DNA of 64,000 nt from a virus (IMGVR_UViG_3300043105_000117:1-64000); one strand, 5' to 3'. Shown: positions 46,001-55,922, numbered from the stretch's first letter. Translations and numbers: made by a program. Notes: a model not told the origin generated them from the sequence alone.

Positions 46001-49000
46001 CGAACTCAGAGGCGAGGTGGTTGATACAGGACAGGTGTTCGATAAAATCTCCAAGCGAGAAGTTCCTTATGAGATGGTGCGCGATATCATGTATGACCTT
46101 ACCAACGAGGGAGGAAAGTTCTACAAGATGCAGGAGGAACTTGCAGGTACACTTGCAGGTAAAATCTCCAACTTGACGGATGCCTACAACATCATGCAGG
46201 ATGAGATTGGTAAGATGGGTATGGGTAACTTCATGGGAGGCGCGGTTGATGCGACAAAGAAACTCATGCTTAACTGGAAGGAAATTTCAGTACTTATTGC
46301 GTCCGTTATTGCAGCATTTGCGGCCAGGAAAGCATACACACTCATTCCCGACACTCTAATGGGCTCAAACGGAGTGAGAAGCATTAATAATGCAGTAACA
46401 GCGACAAACAAGCTGAACTTGGCGAGAATCCGCGAAAAGTCGTATCTGACGCAACTGGACGCTGCGGAGAAACGTTCATTGCGCACAAAGAACGCGCTTA
46501 CATGGACCAATATCCGAGAACTTGCCGCAAATAAGAAAATGTCTACCGCTGACGTTGTAAGGCTCAATCTTATGGGCAAACTCACAAAAGGTCAATATAT
46601 ATACGCGCTGGCATTGTCGGGATTAAGCGCACAGGAGGCCAGACATATTGCAAACATGAGCAAAATGAGCCAGGCTTGGGCATTGTTTAAAGCAAGAGTG
46701 GCCGATGGTGTTGCAGCTCTCAAAGACTTCGCGACATCGCTCATATCTCCGCAGATGGCAATCATGGCAATTGTCGCTGTGCTTACAAAGGTATTTGCAA
46801 CTATGGCCCAAAAGAGAGAGCAGATGCGAGAACTACTTAGTGATGCGCAGACAAAGGCAAACGAGGCTTATAATGGTATCAGAGAGACATTGGGAAGCAT
46901 AGGTAGTGAGGCTGGCGGTGTAAGGCTTGAAGAAATGCTCACTCTCGATGAGAGCAAGATGTCCAAGGAGATGAAAGGCAAGGTTCTGAAAGCGATAGAT
47001 GATATGAAAGAACTACTTAAAAAGTACTCTCCTATCGCTGCGGACCAGATATTCGATATAGAGTCATTCTCCAATCTTAATGATAAGCTCAAAAAGGCCT
47101 ACGAATATGTGCAGAAACTGCAAGATGCGAGTGGTGATAATGTGAAGATTGCTGAGACAATCGGAGACCTTGACAGACAGAATAAATTCTTCCAAAAGGC
47201 CAACGACAGAATGAAAACTTTCAGAAACACGCTAAAATCTGCCAAGTCCAGCGAACTTCCGGAAACTTTTGACAAGATAGAAGCGATGTTCCCGAACTTT
47301 AAGACACAGCTTGATGAACTTCGGCAAATGCACAAGGAAGGTGCTTCATTGGAACAGATATTCACCAAACTCGGAGAACTTAGCGTCCGTGCCAATAAGC
47401 AGGGACGTGGAGCAATGTTCTATGGGGCGGTCGGAGACTTTGAAAAAGGACTCCGTTCGTATGCGACTGCACAAACGTACATAAAAAATGCAGTTGCTAA
47501 AGTCGAGCAGACTACAACAAACTTGAAGGAAAGCTTTAAATTCAGGCAGATTGGTGTAAGTCAGAGCCTCAAAGATAGTCTCGCTGCCGAACTAAAGAAG
47601 AACAAAATTAAGGTTGGGGTTGAAGCAGTTCTGAACATAGGAAATGAAGAAGAACTGAAACAGAAACTTAAACTGGATGATAGTTCTCCAATTGTTAAGT
47701 ATTACAAGGAAGCGTCGCAGCAGCGTCAGAAATACGAACTGGAGGCCGAGTTTGCTTGGCAAAACATTTCCAATCAGCTTACTAACCTTAACGACCCAAC
47801 AATGAAGTCGCAAGCTCGTGCACGCTTTGAGATGATGATGTTCGGATTTTCTAAGGAACAAGCCAGACTTATCATTGACGACTATCTGAAAACGCTGACT
47901 CCCGAACAGCAGTTGGCAATAGATGTCGATGATGACAAGACAAAATCAAGCATCAGGGACTGGGTGAAGAAATACATAAAGAACACCAAGGCTGAACTCG
48001 CAGGAGGTTACAAGGATGAGTTTGATGATGAGTTCTTCAAGCAGTTTCAGATGAAACTCCCGAAACCCGATATTACAGGGTGGCGAAAGGATATCGTTGA
48101 CGCGGTTAAGGACGTTGTGTCAACGTTTAAGTCCACCGATGATGTGTATATCAAAATCAAGGAATCCAAATCTGTCGATGAGGTTGTGGATGACTTGCAG
48201 AAGATATACAAAGCTGCCAAGGATGTCGAGAAGGATATGAAGCCTGTACTTATCAAGTTCGGTCTTGATGCGTCCGATATCTCCAAGTATTTTGATGAGG
48301 AAGGAAACATTAAGCCCGGAAGTTTCTCTATTAAAGCACCATACAGACCGGAGGAATACGAAGAAGTATTGGGAACTGCATGGAGTAACATGTGGAAGCC
48401 TAAAACAACTGCGGAGGCCGCACTGAATTACTTGGGCGCACCGCTTTCAAATAGCAAGGACAGCAGTTCGAGCCATGCGGACAAACAGTTACAGGAATGG
48501 AGGAAGCAATTTGAGGCCCTTAAAAAGATTTACTCCGATTACGCTAAGTGGAGTAAAGAACTGGGGCGAAATGAGGCTTTAAGGTACATCCAGGAATCCG
48601 GAATGCAAAGCGAGGATATCGGTGATATATCCAAGTTCGACCCCGCCAAACGTCAGCAGTACTTCAATAATCTATTCAGCCGAATCAGTAAGTTTAAGAT
48701 GAATACGGACGACCGCAAGGCATTCGAGAACTCACTGAAGGAATTTAAGGTTGAACTCGATATTGAGATAGACAAGGACAACTTGCAGAAGGAACTGGAT
48801 AAGGTTAAACAGCAGATTGACAAGGCCGCAAATCAATGGGATATCTTCAAGGAGTGGTTTGATACCACCGGCGACAGGGGACTTGCCATGAACGTGGCAT
48901 TTGGCAATATTGTCGAGGATGAGGATTTCGTTGAATCGCTGAAATCGCAGCTCCAGCAATCTCTTGAAGAACAAGGACTGGAGTTTACGGTCGATGCAGT

Positions 49001-51305
49001 GATAGCAATGGAAGGTGAGGCTACCGTCAAGGACAAACTCAATCTGCCCGACAATTCTCCTATACTCGAATATTACAAGAAGATAATATCCGAGCAGGAT
49101 AAACTGAAAAAGGAGAATGCAAAGACTCTGCTTGATATCATCAAGAATAACAAGAACTTCGAGCAACAACTTGCAGATGTCGAGAGACAACGCGAAAAGG
49201 ATTTGAAATCAATTCAAAGCGAGTCAAATCTTTCCGGAGAAGAAAGACAACAATACACCGAGGGTACTAACAAGAAATACGATGAACAGCGTTCAAAGAT
49301 TCTCTTGGAGCAGTTTAAGGCAACAAACAACTGGGCCGCGGTGTTTGATGACCTCGACAGAGTATCAAGCAAGACTTTGGATAGCATGTATGCAAAGATT
49401 GCGGATTTCGCAAAGGGAGCAACGCTCGGCATAACGGAGACTAAAGACCTTATATCTGCAATGCGCAAGTTACGCGAGGAATCACTTACGCGCAATCCGT
49501 TCAAGACTTTGTTCTCTGCGTTCAGCTCATTGTACTCAGGCTCATCGGACCGCAACTATTTGAGAAACATCCTCAAAGGAATGGGCGAATACGACAAGAT
49601 AACAATGGGTAGAAGCATCGGAACATTAAAGGCCGGCCAGAGTTATACAAGAGAACAGATACAGCAGGAATTTAACGATACCGACCGCGCAGCGACATCA
49701 GACCTTGATAAATCTATAACGGAGATTATCAACGAGTTCAACGCGCTTGCATCCGCTGCCGACATGCTTAGCAAGATGTTTGAAGCGATGGGTACGGGAG
49801 ATGGATTCTCCGATGCAGTCAGTGTGGTGCAAAGTTCACTCAGTGGTGCATCACAGATGCAAGGTATTACATCTGCCTTGGGTATTGCAGGGCCCTGGGG
49901 CGCGGTAGCCGGAGCGGGCATAGGTATGGTGACTTCATTATTTGAGCTTGGCGACAAGGCCATTCAGGAGGCAATCGAGGATAGTAAACAGCGACTCTCG
50001 GAATTGCAGTCTGCATACGACAATCTTAACCGTTCTATGGAGAGATTCAACGGCAACTCTTCAAAGTCTATTGAACGTGCCATTACTTCATATAATCAGT
50101 TACTTCGTCAGGTAGACTCAATGGGTGGTAAACTCACTGACAGCTACAAGAAACAGTACGAGGTACTGATAAACGGCTTTGATAACTATGCGGCAGTGTT
50201 CGGAGCAAAGGCCGACTTGGAGGATGATGCCGTCGGAATCTTGCAGAACTACGGATATCAGCTTGGAGAACTGACAGACGAGTCAAGGGAACTCGATGAG
50301 GAACTGCAATCCATCGGAGTGACCTCCAAATTGCTGAACGGCATAACATGGAAGGTTCAGATAGACGACGAGGCTCGTGATGCCTTAAAGACTATCCAAA
50401 ACGGTGGAACGGTCCAGTCTAAATCCGGTCAGCTTTATCTGTCACAGTACGCAAGTCTTGTGGCGCAGAGGGCTGAGGTTGAGGAACAATTGCAATGGGA
50501 AGCTTCAAGAGGAAAGAAGAAAGACCAGGACAAGATTGATGAGTATGCGGACCAGCTTGCAGAACTTAATGATGAGATTACCAATTTCATCATGGACCTT
50601 GCAGACGAACTGTATGGAATCAATTTCGAGGACTGGGCAGGCCAGCTTTCTGATAGTCTTGTGACGGCTTTCCGCAACGGAGAAAACGCTGCGGAGGCCT
50701 TTAAGGAAACCACCAATGACATACTTTCCGACATCGCAAACAATATGGTTAAGTATAATATCATACAGCCTATGTTTGACGAACTCGAAGAGTTGCTGTT
50801 CGGAACGGTCGATGCAAGCGGAAACAGAACCGGAGGCGCGGCCACAATGCAGGCTTTGTTTGATGCTCCCGAAACGGTCGCACAGACAATATCCGAGTGG
50901 TTTAATTCCAAAGGAAGCGATATGATTGATGAAGTGAATGCTTTCCTTAAAGTGTTCAACGATGCGACCGGAAACTCGCTTACGGACAACACGACCAATA
51001 AGTCGGGACTTTCTGCCAGCATCACCGGAATCACTGAGGAAACTGCCGACTTGCTTGCATCATATCTGAATGCAATGAGGGCCGATTTGAGTGCTTTAAG
51101 AAGCATGGCATCTGACTATTATATGAAAACAATGCCAGATGTATCGGAAACGCTTGGCAACCAATTGGCGACATTGAAGTTGATAGAGACCAACACTCTC
51201 AAAACGGCCAACAATACAGCCGATATCGCGAAGATTGCCGATGACACGTATACATTACTCAAAAAGGCAACCACGAGCGGTAGTGGTGTCAAACTTAACT
51301 TATAA
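43098..51305 (+). CDS. Tape measure protein
   Basis: 2735 aa helical; tape-measure domain SPYQFKDL...RQFTEAGVPLLDELAK. Confidence 0.92.
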   Translation: MAEGTSLGNLYFELGIQDNVTKQINEIKRKALEALSSNQEIVINSVRIGSGAMEAIKASIAELTKTETKTISIEAAQGTLESSINKILTNYKKAFDVVLLDEHAFDIPKEKLQAMSDALAKTQQLAKALGEISATPVTPTGGTVAPAPATPVAPTPTSGGSKTITITGKFDESQTIANLQGALSRMNLTVKVKGILDGVVGGSNITIPVQPSPTGGGEGGASTRRRSATTETVVDNQALLQSLEQLKRKYNELKEQQIEYASKLESTMKENRQLYAEQQQAVNALDALKRKLEELEAAERKLNEQSKSTTPIDRIRSLFQRGAQALFYDEGNNGADVREKIARQQGVVDSFEERRKKLKEEAQKYEDEANRIRAQIEEVNNEIAKIMAQMPQTGQTGQTEKKQNVGRASSRIDIEAKAELEAIKLIDRIIVSQKQSLAKQGKDYNAAFDEFLQERAKRVEKLTAMPNGKEALSDYETVATEANVVRNIKLSQEKAQAEVKANEKAAESNKKKAEKDERIEQRRKTLLASIAKSIKDVQLAEEATQRSRVPGLDTSQYRTAIDELNALQNLLASTQNANSLAILSSRFSELKAKIEAARKEMEALNSESVSKNKVITDAQSLLQTQTIANAGNAVLKNSTSAAMAELQNFINGFNSSSLSADQLRQKLDSIKQKLRESTKEAGNETKEFYSTEEAATKIDAAILRVKNAMRAVDNYKGTQGNYWRDARAKLEEYLRTLNNLKSSGVRSKADIMNATGIGVNTALYEANLKLDQQKKIDAANSSTNRSTTAHTKAATAVRKHTDSYLSLNDVMKKSNSLFGLNINLMGQLASQMSMFLSIYTLKRFISGIAEIHGEFQKTKIALGSILNDTAKANELFQQLKSLAVVSPYQFKDLTSFTKQLSAFSFPTDELYDMTKRLADVSAGLGVDMGRIILAVGQVRSASYLRGQELRQFTEAGVPLLDELAKKFTELRGEVVDTGQVFDKISKREVPYEMVRDIMYDLTNEGGKFYKMQEELAGTLAGKISNLTDAYNIMQDEIGKMGMGNFMGGAVDATKKLMLNWKEISVLIASVIAAFAARKAYTLIPDTLMGSNGVRSINNAVTATNKLNLARIREKSYLTQLDAAEKRSLRTKNALTWTNIRELAANKKMSTADVVRLNLMGKLTKGQYIYALALSGLSAQEARHIANMSKMSQAWALFKARVADGVAALKDFATSLISPQMAIMAIVAVLTKVFATMAQKREQMRELLSDAQTKANEAYNGIRETLGSIGSEAGGVRLEEMLTLDESKMSKEMKGKVLKAIDDMKELLKKYSPIAADQIFDIESFSNLNDKLKKAYEYVQKLQDASGDNVKIAETIGDLDRQNKFFQKANDRMKTFRNTLKSAKSSELPETFDKIEAMFPNFKTQLDELRQMHKEGASLEQIFTKLGELSVRANKQGRGAMFYGAVGDFEKGLRSYATAQTYIKNAVAKVEQTTTNLKESFKFRQIGVSQSLKDSLAAELKKNKIKVGVEAVLNIGNEEELKQKLKLDDSSPIVKYYKEASQQRQKYELEAEFAWQNISNQLTNLNDPTMKSQARARFEMMMFGFSKEQARLIIDDYLKTLTPEQQLAIDVDDDKTKSSIRDWVKKYIKNTKAELAGGYKDEFDDEFFKQFQMKLPKPDITGWRKDIVDAVKDVVSTFKSTDDVYIKIKESKSVDEVVDDLQKIYKAAKDVEKDMKPVLIKFGLDASDISKYFDEEGNIKPGSFSIKAPYRPEEYEEVLGTAWSNMWKPKTTAEAALNYLGAPLSNSKDSSSSHADKQLQEWRKQFEALKKIYSDYAKWSKELGRNEALRYIQESGMQSEDIGDISKFDPAKRQQYFNNLFSRISKFKMNTDDRKAFENSLKEFKVELDIEIDKDNLQKELDKVKQQIDKAANQWDIFKEWFDTTGDRGLAMNVAFGNIVEDEDFVESLKSQLQQSLEEQGLEFTVDAVIAMEGEATVKDKLNLPDNSPILEYYKKIISEQDKLKKENAKTLLDIIKNNKNFEQQLADVERQREKDLKSIQSESNLSGEERQQYTEGTNKKYDEQRSKILLEQFKATNNWAAVFDDLDRVSSKTLDSMYAKIADFAKGATLGITETKDLISAMRKLREESLTRNPFKTLFSAFSSLYSGSSDRNYLRNILKGMGEYDKITMGRSIGTLKAGQSYTREQIQQEFNDTDRAATSDLDKSITEIINEFNALASAADMLSKMFEAMGTGDGFSDAVSVVQSSLSGASQMQGITSALGIAGPWGAVAGAGIGMVTSLFELGDKAIQEAIEDSKQRLSELQSAYDNLNRSMERFNGNSSKSIERAITSYNQLLRQVDSMGGKLTDSYKKQYEVLINGFDNYAAVFGAKADLEDDAVGILQNYGYQLGELTDESRELDEELQSIGVTSKLLNGITWKVQIDDEARDALKTIQNGGTVQSKSGQLYLSQYASLVAQRAEVEEQLQWEASRGKKKDQDKIDEYADQLAELNDEITNFIMDLADELYGINFEDWAGQLSDSLVTAFRNGENAAEAFKETTNDILSDIANNMVKYNIIQPMFDELEELLFGTVDASGNRTGGAATMQALFDAPETVAQTISEWFNSKGSDMIDEVNAFLKVFNDATGNSLTDNTTNKSGLSASITGITEETADLLASYLNAMRADLSALRSMASDYYMKTMPDVSETLGNQLATLKLIETNTLKTANNTADIAKIADDTYTLLKKATTSGSGVKLNL

Positions 51306-51309
51306 CGTA

Positions 51310-51807
51310 ATGGATGAATTAAACAGAGAATTAAGAGCAAAAGCAGTTGAGTTGAACATGTGCCAAAGGGTCGGTGGCACATGGCTCAACAAAAAGAGCA
51401 AGGACGACCTTTGCGAACTGTATAAGTCACAATTGTATTTCTGCATAGACAATGACTATCCGAGTGTCGGTTACATGAAGGAGCACTTCAATGGTGTAAT
51501 GCAGAAACATGGGATATTTGCCAATGACGTGGCAAAGGTAAGAGCAAAGGATGTTTTGGTTTTCAATGGGGAAACCGTAGCATACGTGGAAGGAAGGGAT
51601 TATGATGTATGCACGATGTTCATACGTCACGATTCAAGGGTGGTTATCCATGCCAGCGGTAATGCCAAACTTTTCGTGAGAGTCTACGACAATTCGAGAG
51701 TGAGCATTACGCAAAAGGATAACGCTTTCGTGAGTGTGATTCTTATGGGAGGTAAAATCGCGTCCATAAAAGGAGACGTGAAGATAAAAAGAGAGGTTAA
51801 AGCCTAA
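51310..51807 (+). CDS. Hypothetical protein downstream of TMP
   Basis: Start moved to ATG 51310; beta-repeat-like C-terminus. Confidence 0.7.
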   Translation: MDELNRELRAKAVELNMCQRVGGTWLNKKSKDDLCELYKSQLYFCIDNDYPSVGYMKEHFNGVMQKHGIFANDVAKVRAKDVLVFNGETVAYVEGRDYDVCTMFIRHDSRVVIHASGNAKLFVRVYDNSRVSITQKDNAFVSVILMGGKIASIKGDVKIKREVKA

Positions 51808-51823
51808 GTTCTGATATTGCTTG

Positions 51824-51860
51824 AAGGCCCACTCGATAATCAGTCGGGTGAGCCTTTTTT
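51824..51860. terminator. Terminator between converging operons
   Basis: AAGGC-CCAC...GGGTG-AGCCTTTTTT. Confidence 0.7.
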
Positions 51861-51862
51861 GT

Positions 51863-52372
51863 TTACTCCATAGATACGACTTTTATATTGTCATCGTATT
51901 CAAGGAAGTGGCACATGCCTTTAGCATACTCGCCATTCTCACAAAGTATGTAGAATTGGTTAGGCATGATGCGGTGTACATCTCTCGGATATGGCAGCAT
52001 TGCATTGAAACTCTTGTACTGCTGAACAAGATACTGTCTTGCGTCCGCGCCACTCTCAAAAAGCAGATGTTTTTCCTTTTTGTTCTCGGAACTTTCCTCG
52101 GTGTATCTCCATTTGAAATCCGGATTGAATCTGACTTTCCACCCGAATAACTCGCCAAGAGTATCATGGACCTCGACATCTATTCCCTCGTCTTTCAGTA
52201 TGTCGATGTAATGTTTTGCCTCATCAGTCGGAATCTTGCAGATTTTACGCTCCTTGACGTAAACATCATCAATCAGAGCCAATCCGCAGACCTTTGATAC
52301 AATTTCTGCGTCAGCTTCTTCCGCTATAAGGAAGTTATAATCATCTCTTAAAGTTACTTTCATAAGAATCAA
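51863..52372 (-). CDS. Hypothetical protein
   Basis: ORF 169 aa. Confidence 0.65.
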   Translation of the reverse strand: MILMKVTLRDDYNFLIAEEADAEIVSKVCGLALIDDVYVKERKICKIPTDEAKHYIDILKDEGIDVEVHDTLGELFGWKVRFNPDFKWRYTEESSENKKEKHLLFESGADARQYLVQQYKSFNAMLPYPRDVHRIMPNQFYILCENGEYAKGMCHFLEYDDNIKVVSME

Positions 52373-52390
52373 AAATAATTATTCAATAAG

Positions 52391-52705
52391 TTAATCTTCG
52401 CACTTCTTTATCAGAACCGATTGGTTCTGTCCTGCTTCCACTATGTGATAAGCTCCCTTGGGTGTGAGCTTTTTGGTAAGCAGCCGACCTGAGTATATTA
52501 TGTCCGGCATAACGTTGTCTGTTCTCCACTCAAGTTCCCATCTGCCAATTCTTAGAATGGTTTTTGTTCCATTCGCACCGGAATGTTCGATAATGTCATG
52601 GACTCCATACAGTCTATTCTCTGTCAGGACCCTATTTTTAAGAGCCAGAACATCATTATTACTTTTGCACAACCCATAAGCTGCGCGGTATTCTTCCTGC
52701 GTCAT
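52391..52705 (-). CDS. Hypothetical protein
   Basis: ORF 104 aa. Confidence 0.65.
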   Translation of the reverse strand: MTQEEYRAAYGLCKSNNDVLALKNRVLTENRLYGVHDIIEHSGANGTKTILRIGRWELEWRTDNVMPDIIYSGRLLTKKLTPKGAYHIVEAGQNQSVLIKKCED

Positions 52706-52724
52706 ACATAATCGGTTTAAATGA

Positions 52725-52958
52725 TTAATACTCTATTGCCTCGTCAAGACTACTTATCGCTTCGTCTATGCTGTCTACGGCAGACTGCAATTGCTCGATG
52801 ATTTCTTCCATCCTGTCGCCGCGCTCACTGTATTGGATAGATTCAGGAAGATTGTCGTAGCATTCCTGCTCCGTATCTATAAGCATATCTATCTCGTCTC
52901 TGATTACTTCAAGCTGTGAGCATAGTTTCTCAATCTGTTTTCTTCTTTGTGCATTCAT
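52725..52958 (-). CDS. Small acidic helical phage protein
   Basis: MNAQRRK...EQECYDNLPESIQYSERGDRMEE. Confidence 0.75.
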   Translation of the reverse strand: MNAQRRKQIEKLCSQLEVIRDEIDMLIDTEQECYDNLPESIQYSERGDRMEEIIEQLQSAVDSIDEAISSLDEAIEY

Positions 52959-52978
52959 TGTTACAAAATTTTAGTGTG

Positions 52979-53212
52979 TTAAATATCTAGTACAAAAGTT
53001 CTCAAACAACCTTCATATACGTTCTTAATCTCTTTAAGACATGACAGCTTCATGGCCTCATTCTCTGCATCGAGTGAATCCTCTCCTGATTCCTGTATCT
53101 TATGTTCTAAGTTTGAGACTTCATCCATGAACTCATCAAAAGCCTTTGTGAACTTGTGGTCGTAAAGGAATACGCTGTTGTCCCATTCCGGATTTCTACT
53201 TTGTTTTTTCAT
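52979..53212 (-). CDS. Small acidic protein
   Basis: ORF 77 aa. Confidence 0.65.
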   Translation of the reverse strand: MKKQSRNPEWDNSVFLYDHKFTKAFDEFMDEVSNLEHKIQESGEDSLDAENEAMKLSCLKEIKNVYEGCLRTFVLDI

Positions 53213-53245
53213 TGCCCTGCGTCAGTTTTACGTGTGCCTCACGTT

Positions 53246-53641
53246 TTAAATGTATTTCTTTATAGTTTCTCTTGCCCAATCAATAACTTCCAGTTTTGAC
53301 GGATTTCTGACGAACTCAACGATTTTCAGTTCCTCTGTCGAGTTGTCTATAATGTCAGCTTCATAGAAGTATTTCACATCCTGCAATCTATTTTTCTTGG
53401 TGTAGGTGAACGCTTCATTCTCTGTACTGAACAGTTTGACGTCATCACCACCGGTATCAACCCCAACAGATATGCGGTACTCGTAGTCTGGCTTTTCCTC
53501 AATGCCTGTCTCCAAATATTCATAGAAAATGGATTCTTGCAGTTCCTCGCGTTTTTGCGATGCGCTCTCATGCGACTTGAATACGAAAGAGGCAATCTTG
53601 TTTTTCCTCTTGTCGATAGCAAATAATGTGTATAGTTTCAT
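53246..53641 (-). CDS. Hypothetical protein
   Basis: ORF preceded by conserved hairpin. Confidence 0.7.
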   Translation of the reverse strand: MKLYTLFAIDKRKNKIASFVFKSHESASQKREELQESIFYEYLETGIEEKPDYEYRISVGVDTGGDDVKLFSTENEAFTYTKKNRLQDVKYFYEADIIDNSTEELKIVEFVRNPSKLEVIDWARETIKKYI

Positions 53642-53697
53642 ATCAAAAAAAAATAATATTTGTACTGCGGAAGGCTATCACACCAACCGCAGCTTTG

Positions 53698-54012
53698 TTA
53701 ATCACTAATATCAAAGAATATGAGGTAATCTCCAAGATTACTCAAAATATCTTTTATTCCCTCTATGCCGAACTCACACCACATCATAAAGAAAGCCATC
53801 GGCAAGAGTATCAAAAGTCCCGCAACGAGCCCCAAAATGCCTCTATAATGAAATATCGTCTTTCCTCTCGATACAAAACGGCATATGCTCATCGGAATAA
53901 GATACATAAGGAAGATGTAAAACACCCACCAGCCAAACATACAGAACTCAATAATGAGATCTAGTAACACCCATAAAAATACTACCATAATCTTAACTAT
54001 TAATCCAATCAT
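53698..54012 (-). CDS. Membrane protein
   Basis: Very hydrophobic, overlaps recombinase stop. Confidence 0.55.
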   Translation of the reverse strand: MIGLIVKIMVVFLWVLLDLIIEFCMFGWWVFYIFLMYLIPMSICRFVSRGKTIFHYRGILGLVAGLLILLPMAFFMMWCEFGIEGIKDILSNLGDYLIFFDISD

Positions 54013-54970
54013 TAACTTGTGAGGGAAGTTCTCTTTCCTCCATCACCAAATATCCCTCAGTAACCTTGACCGAACTGTGGCCCATACGTCTTGCAATAGT
54101 GTAGATATCGCATCCTCTGAGATAGAGGTTGCAAGCGTATGAACGTCTTGCGGTGTGGCTACCGACGAACTTCCATTTTTCATCTACTATACGTTTCCCT
54201 GCGAGGAATACGGATACCTTCTCATTAATACCGGCCTTGCGGCAAATCTCGCGAAGAAGAACGTAATAACGTGCCAGGGAAATTTCTCTGCGGTCTACCC
54301 AATCAAAGAACTTCAAGAAGTTGGCATGTAGCGGAGCGGATATCACAGATTTTGTTTTCTGCGATACGTAGTTGATGCGTTTTCTCTCGACATCAATCAT
54401 CTCTCTCTTAATCAGAAGCAAGTCTGAACGTCGGCCTCCAAGATAGTACTCGCACAGGAACTGCGCCTGTACTGTTCTCTCATAAGCGTTGGCCGGAGTG
54501 TAGTTTACAATCTTTGCAATCTCATCTTCGTTGAGGTAAACGCTCTGACTCGGCTCATCCTTTACGTAGAGAGCCTTTCTGAAATTGGCTGTCGGCAACT
54601 CTACATCATCTTTCCAGTCATTGAAGATAGAATTGAGAACCTTTGAGTAAAGCTTTGCGCTTTTGGCACAAACATTGGACTGAATAAAGTTCATGGACTC
54701 GATAAGATTCTGTCTTGTCATATCTTCCCAATTCGGTCTCTCCTTACCCAAGGCTTTCTCAATGTATCTTATGACGGTCGTGTACTGCGGATATTTTCTC
54801 AGGAAAGCACCGGTGAACGTCTTGGCCCACTCTTTAGGATTCTCGCCATCCTTGAAATACCCCATACAGCAAACGCGCAGAAGATATGTCTCATTGCCAT
54901 TGCCGTTGTAAAGTTCCTTGTTGAGCAGTTCAGCATTTCGTCTGTCTGCGTCAGAATAAATCAGTCTCAT
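53993..54970 (-). CDS. Tyrosine recombinase/integrase
   Basis: GGRRSD (R), SQKT (K), SHTARRS (HxxR), MGHS (H), TEGY (Y). Confidence 0.9.
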   Translation of the reverse strand: MRLIYSDADRRNAELLNKELYNGNGNETYLLRVCCMGYFKDGENPKEWAKTFTGAFLRKYPQYTTVIRYIEKALGKERPNWEDMTRQNLIESMNFIQSNVCAKSAKLYSKVLNSIFNDWKDDVELPTANFRKALYVKDEPSQSVYLNEDEIAKIVNYTPANAYERTVQAQFLCEYYLGGRRSDLLLIKREMIDVERKRINYVSQKTKSVISAPLHANFLKFFDWVDRREISLARYYVLLREICRKAGINEKVSVFLAGKRIVDEKWKFVGSHTARRSYACNLYLRGCDIYTIARRMGHSSVKVTEGYLVMEERELPSQVNDWINS

Positions 54971-55026
54971 ACTTTTTATTTTTAGTTAATATTGGTACTA
55001 TGCGGGGCTGCCACACCCCGAATAGT

Positions 55027-55578
55027 TTACAGTTCCAGAACACCGATTGCGTAACAGTGTGAATCGAAGCTGAACTCCGTCGGCTGTTTCTTTACTGTAT
55101 CGTAATACTCACCTTCGCGGAGAATCAGCATTTCATCATCCGCAAGATTATCAATATCTTCGCAAATTGGCAGTATTTGGTCATTTAGCAAAGTCCTGAT
55201 AGTATCAATGTAATTCTCGATATCATCAACAAAACCCTTAATATCGTCTATCCAATCTTTGAGATATTGCTGACCTGAACCGGAATATAGTTCATAATCA
55301 TCAGAAACGATGCTCTGCACGTCAATCCCATCCCACGCGCAATCACCTCTTCTTGTGTAAAAGTGATGTCCTTCGGGGCGGTCAAGCAGATACACGTTAC
55401 AACTTGTAAAGTATTTCTTGGCAACCTCATTGGCCTCATCCATATTCTTGAAGCCTATCAAAGCCTCTCTGATACCACTGGGATACCCATTGATACTGTC
55501 ATTGGTCTCCACGACTGAAAGATGTGGGTAATCAATCTGAATTTCCTGCAACTTCAATGAATAATCTTCTCTTGTCAT
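55027..55578 (-). CDS. Acidic hypothetical protein
   Basis: ORF 183 aa, D/E-rich C-terminal half. Confidence 0.75.
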   Translation of the reverse strand: MTREDYSLKLQEIQIDYPHLSVVETNDSINGYPSGIREALIGFKNMDEANEVAKKYFTSCNVYLLDRPEGHHFYTRRGDCAWDGIDVQSIVSDDYELYSGSGQQYLKDWIDDIKGFVDDIENYIDTIRTLLNDQILPICEDIDNLADDEMLILREGEYYDTVKKQPTEFSFDSHCYAIGVLEL

Positions 55579-55648
55579 AATCTTGTAAATTTAAAAGGTT
55601 AATAATATTCGCGGTACGGCCTTGATACCATCGCAGCCGCCCTTTGTT

Positions 55649-55897
55649 TTACTCAACACCGTCAAAGATTGCAATTTTCTCACCGGCATCGACCATCAGC
55701 GGGAGGTATTTATCAACCATGTGCATGGCAAACCTGCACACTCTAACACCGTCACGCACCACAACGCTCAGGTTGCAAATCTTTCCGACCTTAATCGCGT
55801 CTTTGTTATAACTCTCGTAGGAATCTCCGTCACCAAAAAGGCACAACATTCCGGGATGTTTCTCTCGCAGTTCTCTGCATTTTCTAATGTCTAGCAT
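55649..55897 (-). CDS. Stand-alone MutS domain I-like protein
   Basis: REKHPGMLCLFGDGDSYESY..DA...KYLP.MV.AG.KIAI matches MutS N-terminus pattern. Confidence 0.7.
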   Translation of the reverse strand: MLDIRKCRELREKHPGMLCLFGDGDSYESYNKDAIKVGKICNLSVVVRDGVRVCRFAMHMVDKYLPLMVDAGEKIAIFDGVE

Positions 55898-55922
55898 ACT
55901 CTCTCTATTTTAATTGTTAATA

